DNA of 58,250 bases, filler included, from Dugesia japonica (taxonomy: Eukaryota): assembly GCA_001938525.1 (NCBI GenBank). It is 5 parts of 5 records of this genome, joined end to end, with 100 filler letters (N's around TTAATTAATTAA, not from the genome) between each part and the next. Parts side by side here need not be neighbours in the genome. Positions count along the whole stretch, not along the records: positions 11,452 to 20,977 come from MQRL01641085.1; positions 21,078 to 30,717 come from MQRL01573185.1; 3 more parts are not named here. One strand, 5' to 3'. The notes beneath the pieces are model-generated. The model had not been told where the DNA came from. It worked only from the letters and a program-made list of their open reading frames with translations, and ran no database searches. Positions 13,144 through 24,833 of the stretch are shown here, in pieces (within the stretch, counting starts at the first letter, position 1; each line of letters starts with the position of its first letter). The translations under genes and the position numbers were made by a program.

Positions 13144-13571
13144 ATGAAAATTGTAGAATCGTTGCCAAAGAACTTTCAAGAATCGATTTATCCAATAATA
13201 AAAAGTTTTTTGGTTATAAGAAAGAAGATGAGAAAGAGTGGCTACAATCAATTGAAGATTTTGTAACCATAAATTCTTTAAATTTATGTGCAGCATTATA
13301 TCTATTGCGGTACGGTGACGCGAAGGAATTATGGATAGCCTTTAAAGAAAATATGAAGATTCCGTCTGATGAAAATACAAGAAATTGGTACAGTTCAAAG
13401 TACATCAAGTCGAAAACATTTTTGCAAAAGATCGACGATATGAGCCAAGTTAACCAACGATCAAATGAAAGGTATGAAAATTTTGCTATTAGAGTGAGGA
13501 AGTTTGTAAGAGAAGTTTTGTCGGTGAAGCAAACAGAAGACATGATCCTGAAGAATATAATTTCAAAATAA
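13144..13571 (+). pseudogene. gag: Gypsy gag remnant
   Basis: F-x-G...D...W-L and L-x-G-x-A-x-x-W patterns plus an MHR-like Q...E...F..R; frameshifted near 13200. Confidence 0.6.
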
Positions 13572-13990
13572 ATATTCTCCGGGAAAGTAAAGGAGTCAAT
13601 CGTAATGATCCCCAGATATGTCCTTCGAAAAATGATATCAAGACAGGAGGCACGAGAAAAAGACCTGGTAACCTTACTCGTTCGCTCCACAACATCAGCA
13701 TTTAATTCGAACAATGCTCACAGAAAGGTTGTTGGCCAGAGTGGAAACGATTTTATCGCAAATTATTGCTTCGTTGGATGAAACTGATAATGTTCGAATA
13801 ACTGAAGTGTGATCTATTTACAATATAGTTTGAGTTTGATCATTTCCTGGTTTTTGATTTTCATTCATATGTGACAACAACAATATTAATAATTGATACG
13901 ATTAGAAAATTTTAAGATAAATAGATTGTCAATTTCAATTTTAATATCTGATGATAAATACGATAAACAAAATTACATCTCTTATTATAG

Positions 13991-14309
13991 TGTCGAATGC
14001 CAGAAAAATAACCACGGATACCTCCATAGTAGACTTCAGGAAAAAGTGGTACTCAATGCATAAGAAGATGCAAAGTGAGATTGTTGAATTGCAGCGGAAG
14101 AATGCACTCCTCAGAGAGAAAAATAACCATCTAAAAAAAGAGACCATGCTCTCTCACGGACGTGTCGTGAAATAGCCGACATCTACAAAGCATATGCGGA
14201 CAGAGTGGGTGTATTGATCTCAACTGTACGGACATTAACGAAAGTGTCGAAATCCGAGAAGAAAGTGGTGAAAGAGAAAATCAAGGAGATCATCGACCTG
14301 GATGAATGA
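13991..14309 (+). pseudogene. Accessory coiled-coil ORF (copy C) in the env position, remote homolog of ORF1
   Basis: Acceptor cttattatag|TG; SNARKITTDTSIVDFRKKWYSMHKKMQSEIVELQRKNALLREKNNHLKK (frameshift) EIADIYKAYADRVGVLISTVRTL...KEIIDLDE*. Confidence 0.5.
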
Positions 14310-14476
14310 CAGATTGTAAAGGAAACAAAAGTTTTCTTATGGAGAATTGTTTTAATTTATGATTACAATCATATATTAATAAACACGACATCAAAGTAGT
14401 CAGAGACAAATAAAATCGAAATTAAAATTACAAAAGGGAATACAGCATGGTCCCACTGAATTCGGTAATGGGGGAT

Positions 14477-14659
14477 TGTGATGCAGGAGAAAACATGAAA
14501 CACATTTCTGTGGTTATTAGGTATCATCCCTCAGACATCGGGTTAAATCAGAAAGACGAAAAAGCAACCAGGAGAGAAGTAATCAAAATAACATCAATAG
14601 CTTCGTAACCCAACCCGTAATAAAAAATTTGTATTATAAGTTTAAATTTTCCAAGCACA
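14477..14659 (+). repeat. Putative 3' LTR (TG...CA)
   Basis: Follows the PPT; TGTGAT/AGCACA imperfect terminal inverted repeat. The partner LTR is not seen and may lie in the 12851-12931 gap. Confidence 0.5.
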
Positions 14660-17463
14660 ATTTTAACTATTTATTTAAAACTTCATTTAAAATTATTGTT
14701 TTTTCAATTAAATTCAAGTTTTATATACTTTTTTCAGTTAATTATTTGAAAAATATTCAATTTATCATACTTAATTTATTCAATCAATTATATNNNNNNN
14801 NNNNNATAAATGTTTAGAAATTATTTCAATGAATCAATGCTTAATAAAACATTCACATTTGAATTTGAGTTAGATTTTTTTACGATAAAAATAGAACATG
14901 AATACATGAAATCTAATTTAATTTCAAAATTACAAGTAAAAATATAGAACAGGTTAAATAATTATATATTAATTAAACAGTACATTTACCACTAGTGAAA
15001 ATTAAAGACCATTGACGACTGAATACAAGTGAACAGTAAGCAGAGCACTGATAACTGAAGACCAGTGTAGAGTGGGAAAACCAATAAGTGAGAGAAAGAT
15101 CAATAAAGAGTAAATATTCCTCCTAATTAATCTAAAACCCATCCAAAAATACACCTGATTCGACCTCATGGAGTAAAAATAAACTTAAAAACTACCCAAA
15201 ATTAGACTGAATCGAGTAAATTATTAGACTATTTTAAATTCCTCGGGTAGGACTCTCAAATTAAGTATTTGTTTTTCTATATAACTTTTTATCTATAAAA
15301 TTTGATGATTTCAGGTTTACAAATTTGGAATCAATCTAAAATTTTCTGTTGAATAGACTGGCTTATAATTAAATTTGAGATACATTTCATTTTAATTAAT
15401 TATTGAGAATTAAAATTTGACTTTTTTCAAAGTAATTTGATTTTGCATGTTTCTACTGTATATATTCTAAATCAGTGAAATGTTCTTTATCGAAAAGTAC
15501 ACGGATCATTAAATTTGGATGAAAATTATTTCAATATGATTAAAGAAGAAAATATTTTAAAAATTGTCAAAAATTCTCGAGTTTATCCAATTTTCTTCAG
15601 CTCAGATATGATTTAGCAAGTTTTAACTTGGTCAATCATAATCAGCAAAAAAGTCTCTATCGAATAGAATGGTTTATAATTAAAGTTGAGAGCAAAATAT
15701 TTTTCGAAACAATTATTTTTGGCTAAAAATGATTCCGAAATCATTCTTAATTGGAATATCGACAAAATAATTTTCAAAAAAATTTCAAAATTTGGGATGT
15801 TTACCCGAATTTCAACAAAAATTTAAATTATCTTTTAAAAACTTGAAAATTTTAACAAATTCGACTTTCCCCATAAATTTCTATTAACAATTCAACCCAA
15901 ATTGACCATATCGAGGAAATTATAGCTCAAATTCACCTAAAACTAACCAAATTTGCTTAAAACCGACCGAAATTAACCAGATCTGACCTCACTGAATAAA
16001 TTATCAACCAATTTTACCTATAAAATTATCCAAAATGAATCAAATTTGACAAGTCTGAGGAAATTATCACCTAAAACGTATCCAAACTAGCAAAATTGAC
16101 TTGATTCGACCTCACCGAGTAAATTATCAACCAACATTTGCCTAAAACCAACCAAAATTCACCATATTCGACTTCACCGAGGAAAAATTCGACGACATCT
16201 GACAAAACCGAGAGAAAAAAATTCAAAATTTGGGCTGTTCACCCGGATTGCATAAAAAGTCCCTTTAAAATATTTTGAAAACTAAAAAAGGAAAAATTCT
16301 TTCGCTTAAAAAGCCTAAAATTTGAAAATAATTTTGCCAAATTTTCAAAATACGATTAAAAGTTATGTAATTGCACATAAATTTTGTTCGCCAACTAAAA
16401 ACATAGAAAAAATAGCCTCTCTTACCTAATATGATGTACTTTTTAAATTTCCAACTAAAAACACAGGGATTAAGTTTCATTACATCACTAATCCTGGGGG
16501 GTATTGAATATGTACATAAGCTGTGCGCTACTATCTATCTACTATAAATAGTTTGTGCAATCTATGAAGATATTAAAAAATTATGTAATGTTACGATCGG
16601 GGGTAAAAGACAATATTTTCGAAGCGATTAACAACTTGGAGGAATTTGTATTGAGTGAGCGAAGTATCAATACAAAACAGACAACACTTGATGCTTCAAT
16701 TAAAAAGATAATGATTAACTAATAAAGTTTATTGAACTTTACGATTTTAAATTAATAATTAAGCTTTTTGTGTAAAAACTAAGAATATATTATTTGATAT
16801 GTAAATTATTAATTTAGTGTAAACGTTTCTTGGGATATTTTTCTTTGTTTCTGCACCTCTAAGACCCACAGGACAAAAGAAGGAAATATAACTGACACCA
16901 TCTCGTTTATTTGAATTACACATCTCATATTTTTTTAATTGTCCAGGTATTGCATAACTATTTATCTTGAAGATTTATTGGTAATTACAGCGAATCATTC
17001 CTTGTCTAATAGGTGTGGAAATAGCGAAAAAGTACTTGTTTAAAATTATTCTCATTAATAAGACATGACATTAATATAATTTATTTATATAAATTTCTCG
17101 ATTATAATTATATTTTCAAATTACAATAAATTTAGATAATCGAGAATATACTGTATAAATAATAATAAAATAATCAATTAAAAATAAGATTGAAAATTAA
17201 AAAATATTTAATTTCAAAATAATCGGCATATAAAATGATTAAAAATAAATTAAAAATATGGTCAATACATAATAGTTATAAGAGATAACAAGTTAATAAC
17301 GATTGTCGCTGTATATAACTATCATGTATATAACTATACACATAATGAAGATGATAATTAGAATTGGAAATTGAATTGATCAAGGTAATTTTGAATCTGC
17401 ATGTATTTGAGCTCCGCTTAATTTATCGATAAGATTGTTTAATTGTGGATTGTTTGTGTAAAT

Positions 17464-17786
17464 CAGGGGTGCATAACATACGGTCTTCAATTATGTTACA
17501 TGTGGCTCGGGACCCAAGTTCATAAAAAATCCTAAATGTATATTTTAATAGAACTATAATTCTATACAACCAACTAGCAGCAAAATAACTCCTTAATATA
17601 CTATTTATTATATTTATTTACTTGAACTATTTATGCTATATTAAATTTTTGAATTATATAGTATAGTATAGGAGCTATAATATCAGTGATGCATAATCTT
17701 CGGCCCGAATTTTTTGCATGCATGGCTCGCGACATTGATTTAAACTGATAATGTGGCCCGTCTAGAAGAAACATTGTGCACCCCTG
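17464..17786. mobile_element. hAT MITE
   Basis: TIRs CAGGGGTGCATAA / TTGTGCACCCCTG; perfect 8-bp TSD GTGTAAAT. Confidence 0.9.
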
Positions 17787-18493
17787 GTGTAAATGTATGT
17801 GTGTTTATATTAGTATTGGTATGTATGTAAGTTTGTGTGTGAAAGTATATCTATATTGCTAAATTCCAACATATGCATATTTCTACAAAACAAAAAATAT
17901 ATTTTGATCAAGAAAACAAAGAATTAAGTCTAAATACTTATTGTGTTAATGAAATTAAATGATTTTCTACTGGATTAAATTAAAAACAAAAAGTAATATT
18001 TAACTAATAGTAAATTTAATAGAATTGTTTGGTAAAAAATATCTTGAAATTCGGAAAAAAAACTGTAAATTCTTGTAATATTTTATTATTATATATTAAA
18101 TATATTTTTAGAATTATCCTACATAAAATTCATTAGTAAAATTAGCACTAAGCCTGCCAAAAATCGAGGTTAAATTATTAATCTGAATTTTCAAAATGCA
18201 TTTTTTTCGTTTAACTATTTTATGACTTTTATATAATGAGTTTTATTTAACGTAGAATTCAGTATCTGAAAATTTCGTAATATAAATAATATTGCAAAAA
18301 ACATTTCACGTTTTTATTAGATTAGTATTGTTAATTAGTATTTCTATGCAATTTTCCTGAATTCTTTGACAGGAAAATATTTTTCATGACAAGTTATAAT
18401 TTAATATATTATTTCTAATATTTTCGATTCTTAAATTGTAATATTAATCAAGCATGATGTTTACAATTCATTAGTCATAATATCTACGATAAA

Positions 18494-18944
18494 TAGGGCC
18501 GTATTGTAACTTTTGGGGGCAAACATTAAAAATTTTTTTAAAAAAAATTTTATTGAATTTATTTTTATTTAAAAATTAATAACAAAGAAATTATAAAGCA
18601 ATTTTCCTAGCTCTTTTGCTGGCAAATTCATCAATAATATCATTGTAATCCATGGTTCTGGCTGTTGCATTTTCAATCGACACCATAAAAAGACAGAAGT
18701 AAACAATTTGAAGCAAAAATACAATTGAATTATTACACTTATTTGTTTTAAATTAAATCGTAACCAACTAGATTTGTTTGAAAGTTAAACAAGATTTGAA
18801 TTTTCATTTTTGTTTTTTTCTTTCTACTCGCGGTATTTTTTTGCTATTGGAGAAGTTTTTCTAATGTATTTAATATTTGGGACCCTTTAAAAATAGGGGG
18901 CCCAGTGTGGTTGAACTTGTTGCACTTGCGATAGTACGGCACTG
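18494..18944 (-). mobile_element. hAT deletion derivative retaining the transposase C-terminus
   Basis: TIRs TAGGGCCGTA / TACGGCACTG; perfect 8-bp TSD ACGATAAA; minus strand SIENATARTMDYNDIIDEFASKRARKIAL* resembles the end of a hAT dimerisation domain. Confidence 0.85.
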
Positions 18945-19200
18945 ACGATAAATTTGATTCTCACCAAAGTATTTGTGTATATTTTTTAATTTTACCAATC
19001 ATCTACTAACAGTTTTTAATTACATGACTGTACCTGTCATATGTGACGGAAGTAAAATAAATTCTACTTTATTCAATCATTGGATTTTTTATTCCGAATT
19101 TTAGTAAAATGATAATTGACGTTTTTTTTCTAAAATGTGATATGAATTTATATAACGCACTTATATTAGGCACTTAAGGTTTTTATTTTTTTATATATGA

Positions 19201-19640
19201 CTAGAAATTGGCTTCACTCTGCTCGATGTCAAACAATTTTGTTGCCGTTCAGAATTAACTATATGAACAAAAATACTTTACTTTAAAGTTTAAATTGTAG
19301 TCGATTTTAAAATGCTCAGTGAAGGTAATTTCCAACTATTCTTACTTTAATTGAATATTTTCAACTTAAACAACTATTTTGTTTGTCATTTGATAAGATT
19401 CGTTTTGAAATGAAACAAAGTAAACATAAATTTTGGAAAATAAAACCAAACATATTAGGGTTTACTACAAAACTTCATGAAAGATAAGATTTTTTGTGAA
19501 AACTCTTGAATCTTCATTTTCTAATAGATTACCTTGCTCTGATGTTTTGTTTATTTGCCATTTCACATTTTGCTTGTTTCTTGATCTCGAAAATGCGACA
19601 CATAATTGACCATAAGAAAAAACTGATATATTGAAATATA
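19201..19640 (-). mobile_element. Helitron 3' end (PIF1-type helicase C-terminus and CTAG terminus)
   Basis: VFSYGQLCVAFSRSR...TKNLIFHEVL* matches the FSHGQLYVAxSR...TxNxVxxEVL RepHel tail; minus-strand CTAG|T at 19201-19204. Confidence 0.75.
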
Positions 19641-21077
19641 TAAATAAGGCGCTGATTTTTTTATGATGATATGCGACGAGCGTAGACGGCATTGAAAAAT
19701 GTGGCAAAATTGAGTAACGTAATTTAATCGAAGTTTGAAAAGTATTAATGTATAGCCCTGTAACGTAACCTAAATTTATATTAAAAATATTTTATTTCCA
19801 AACTAAATACTTTTTTAAACATTGAATTNGGTGTAAACGTACAAGTGTACTCTGAACAGGATGAAGACACATTGCCAAAATTAATAGCTCTACATATGGA
19901 CCACTGGTCTCTTTGAGGTGTCCGCGTGAACACATTTTATGAGACAAGCACACATTCAAAAAATTAAAAGTAATATATTTTTTTCGAAATTGCATTTTTT
20001 ACTCAAATTTTTAAACCTCTTTTTAGAAACATATATGTTAATCAATTTGGTGTAACATTACTCTTCACACAATGACAAACTTCTGATCTGAACTATGACC
20101 TTCTCAGAATGTTTTGAAGTTTTCATTTATGTATAAAATAATCGGGCCTAATAATCGATAATGAGACGTGTATGCTTATTGATAAGTATCTAATGTTGAT
20201 TTTAGACGAATTCTTTGAGTGCACAAAGTTTACTTAATTTGAATAATTTTGCACACAAGAAATTTTTGGCGCACACAAACGGAAGAAAATGAGAGGAAAC
20301 ATTGATATAGGAATCCACACACACACACATATATATATTTTATTTTGAAATAAAACTAAAATTTTCAAGACGGAGATTACAAATGAAAATATCATCATAT
20401 TTGTTTAGCTCTTCAGTTAAATAAATAAAATAATTAAAAGATAATCTGAAAAATTATAAATTAAACATTAAAATGAAAAATAAATTAATTATTAAGTTTA
20501 GCCTCCAGTTTGCGTAAATAACACATCTGAATTTGACAACTGGAAATAAAATTTCTATAAACGTTAAACATTTTCAAAAAAAACATAAATCAAAATCATT
20601 TATATCGTATCGAATTGCCGGGTAGATGAAACACAACTTTTTGAATTTTATCTTTCTTTTGGAATTAATTTCATTCGTATTAGAAATTCTTGACAAATTT
20701 CAAATATTAAATAAAATGTTTGTCAATCATTTTTATTTAATGAAAATTCTTTTAAATTTAGAGTGNCACTATACAGATTTATACATAATTTTAAAAAGTA
20801 AAATATTATTAAAATATTCATAGATTTTTGTTGTTTAATTTATTTTTATTATTGAATATGTTATTCATAAAAGTTAATTTTATAAATTTATAATTTCATT
20901 CTCATTCCTATTCTTATTCTTATTCTTATTCTTATTCTTATTCTTATTCTTATTCTTATTCTTATTCTTATTCTTATNNNNNNNNNNNNNNNNNNNNNNN
21001 NNNNNNNNNNNNNNNNNNNNNTTAATTAATTAANNNNNNNNNNNNNNNNNNNNNNNNNNNNNNNNNNNNNNNNNNNN

Positions 21078-21145
<68 letters not shown>

Positions 21146-22304
21146 GTTATGGTAAAATAGAAATGTTTAATTACACTTTCAGGTAGAATTAATATAAGAG
21201 GCTTTTAAATAATTATATATCAGCTACATAATATGGGGAAAATTAAAAATAATGTCAAATATCCATAAAATGTATAAGACAAAATAAATTTATTAAATAA
21301 CTTGAAATAATTATAATGAAAATATTTCTACTTTTTTTCATAATAACTTTAAAAATGTTATCATTCTATAAGTAAATTATGGATATTAATGCAGTTAGTT
21401 GTTTTGTATGTTATGTATTGTTGGGAACATATTGCTTTGCGTTTAACGATTTTATTTTGTATGAAAAATATTAATTTAAAAGATATTTTAAATTTGTTCA
21501 CAGCAAAATAATGTCAAATAATAAGAATTCTAAGAATTAAAATATACAGAGAAAATATTGATATATGAGAATGCACAAATATATCGGTCAATTAACAAAA
21601 TAAAACTGATTAATCTAATTAATTTGATAATAATTATTTAAAATTGTTTTTACATTTTCTATAATAATCGCCCATTAAAACAAATAGATTACGAAATAAA
21701 ATAATAATTGAATAACAGTTGAAATACAATCGAAATCTTTTAATAATATTTTAAAATATAAAACTATTTAGTAAAATAAATTTCCATGTAAATTCAATTG
21801 GTTTATTGTAAACAGTTGTGTTTATTTGACAATGAAAGTTGAAAATGTGCGATAAATGAATAGGTAGTTATAAACAATCAGAGTAAACAAATTAATTTCA
21901 AAAAGTTTTGAAGTTAAATAATAAAAAAAATATTGAGAACATTTATTTTGATTTCAAATTTAATTTAATTTTAAAAAAAAATAACTTTTCTTCGCATTTA
22001 TTGAATAATTTACTTAGTTTATTTATAATTTATATTTAGTTTGCTAGAATTTCTTTTCATATTGTTAACATTTTATTGCCATTTTATATTGTTTCTTTAA
22101 ATCCAAAACGTTATTTTTTAAACAAAATATTAATTGTGAAATTAAAGTTAATCATTATTTTAATTTTATTCTTATAACATCGAAGTAAAAAATATTGTAT
22201 ACAAGTTAATCATGAAATAATATTAATAATATTAATAATGATAATAATAATAATNNNNNNNNNNNNNNNNNNNNNNNNNNNNNNNNNNNNNNNNNNNNNN
22301 NNNN

Positions 22305-22365
<61 letters not shown>

Positions 22366-23785
22366 TAATAATAATTACAATAACTAACAATTACAATAAC
22401 TTTCAATAATTAATAATGAAAGGAATATATTATTTATATAATATTATCATATTAATTTTCATTGTAATTTAATTATTATTATTATTTTAAAATATTGCAT
22501 TCGTTTTTTGTTTTAACATGCTCCAAATAAAAATGTAGCTGATTATTTTAACGATAAATTATACATAAATTCAACTATTAAGTCATTTAAGTGATTTAAA
22601 TTAGAAAATAATGACTGATTTTCTCTATAAACTATATTTATTTGAAATAAAATTATGACAAAAATATATTGTTAACAAATGTCAGTTTTTTAAAACAAAA
22701 TCAATACTTTTTAACAATTTTTCATGAAATCTCAGTCTAATTGTTTTAATAATCTGTTCTTCACCAATATCTATATGTAAAACTGCACATACAAACAAAA
22801 ATTGCTACGCAAAACAAACTTGCGCCATGTTGTGTTTGTTGACGTGCAAATAAATTCAAATAAAATATATCAGGCAGTCAAACAAAAAAATTGTGCATTT
22901 GCTATTTAGTCTACTTCAGTGTTTTACTATTACTAGAAAATGTTTTCATAATAATAGAAATAATATATTATAATAAATTTAAATGAATCTATCACTACTA
23001 CAGATTGTCTCTATTCACAGCAATCTGTATTCCGATTTGGAAAATGTCACTGAAATATAAATATAAATCGATTTGTTTTTTGTTTCTCTATGATGGAGAA
23101 AATAATTGATCACTGAATAATCTGATCAAATCGTTTCTATAGAAACAGATTTCTTCTGCTTTAGACTTACTGAATTATATGGCATTCGATTCGATAGTCA
23201 GTGAAATATAGTGGGCTTTTCCGGATAAAATTATTCAATTTTATAAGTTTTAAAATTTTGCATAAATTTCACAATTATCGTTTCTGTTAGAAATTTAGTT
23301 AAAATTCTACTTAAATATGTTTAAGAATAACTAGATAATTTCACTGACGACTGAGAGAAATTTATTCAAAGTTATTACTGTTATCATTAGAAAATCAGAG
23401 AAAGAATATAGTAAAACTGAATCAGTATCAAGAAAACTCATGTCTGTTGTAATAGTGGATTATTTTTGTTATAATTCTTCGTTTAATTTTTTTCGCTAAA
23501 TTACACAATAAATTTTGAAGATCTCTTTAGCAATAAAATAATTCTTTTAAATATTCTGAAAATTCAAATTTACATTCTAATTTGTTTTTATTTTCGCTTG
23601 TTTGAATTTTATAAAATTTTCAATTGAAAGTATTTTTCATGTACATTTAAAAATAGACTGTTTTAATTAGAACGTTAGCAACGTAAAACAAATAAGTGGG
23701 AAAATGAATAAATTTTTTTAAAAATTTGTTATAAAGTATAATATTGATGTTTTCCATGATTATCTTTTTGTGTGTTAATTAAAAA

Positions 23786-23970
23786 TATACCATTTTTACC
23801 TCTATTTCAACATTTTGCAATATAAATTCAATATTTTTTAATTCAATTTCAACATTTTATAATTCAATTTCAACATTTTATAATTGAAATTGAATTATAA
23901 AATATTGAAATTAAGTTACAAATGTTGAATTAATATTGCAAAATGTTGAAATAGAGGTAAAAATGGTATA
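23786..23970. mobile_element. Foldback/palindromic MITE with TA flanks
   Basis: About 36-bp perfect arms (ATACCATTTTTACCTCTATTTCAACATTTTGCAATA and its reverse complement) continuing imperfectly to the centre. Confidence 0.75.
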
Positions 23971-24160
23971 TAATTTATAATAAATATTAATATCTGTTCA
24001 CTTTTCTAAGTTTGTTTCAACTAATTCATAAGTGGTTTAAGGAAGGAGTAAATAAATAAATATTTTCTAGTTTTGACAATTTCTTTAATGTTTTCAGTTT
24101 CATTTCTGTGTTTAGTTTTGGTAATTAGATAATACTTTTATTAAATAATAATAATAATAA

Positions 24161-24214
<54 letters not shown>

Positions 24215-24833
24215 NNNNNNNNNNNNNNNNNNNNNNNNNNNNNNNNNNNNNNNNNNNNNNNNNNNNNNNNNNNNNNNNNNNNNNNNNNNNNNNNNNNNNA
24301 CTTTTAAAATATTTGCAATCTATAAGTCATCATTATTTTTAATATATTAAAATAAACCTTAAATATATTTATATATTTATATATTTATACAATTTAGTAA
24401 AGAAAACACTCACTGACATTCCCTAGAACGCTCGCACAAATTACTTACAAATATAAATAGTATATTATTTTTTTTAAAATAATTGTTATAATTATTATTA
24501 GCTTTTATATTAAAGTCCTGTATCGATTTATATACATTACAAAATAAACCTATTAGTTTTAGTTGTATTATGTTATTATTCTAAATTAAAATTCTAATCA
24601 AAATTGCAGTGGTTAAAACTGAAAACCTGATANNNNNNNNNNNNNNNNNNNATAAACACCAAACTCACTCACTAGCTCTTTCAGGAACTCACAAATAAAA
24701 AATTCACAAATAATTTGTATAAGTTTGTTGGAATTTAAATTAATTTGGGTTGGAGAAGTAGATCCGATTAACCATGGGTTTTTGTATGAGTTATCCGGTA
24801 TTTATTTGAAATGGTGATTATGATATTTAAACA

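Larger units (their letters stand above)
12932..14659 (+). mobile_element. Internally deleted Ty3/Gypsy LTR element: gag remnant, accessory ORF, PPT and 183-bp 3' LTR; no pol
   Basis: Gag-like KFFGYKKEDEKEWLQSIEDF...LLRYGDAKELW...QRSNERYENFAIRVRK (about 13200-13571); purine tract AATGGGGGA then TGTGAT (14477) ... AGCACA (14659) with an internal AATAAA. Confidence 0.65.

Noticed and set aside
11741-14309. Accessory ORFs as retroviral env
   Set aside because: No signal peptide, furin site plus fusion peptide or TM anchor, and they are too short.
23049-23230. Minus-strand donor (TCA|gtaagt, 23171) and acceptor (ttcag|TG, about 23049) pair
   Set aside because: Yields only an 11-codon frame; it could be a UTR exon but is unsupported.
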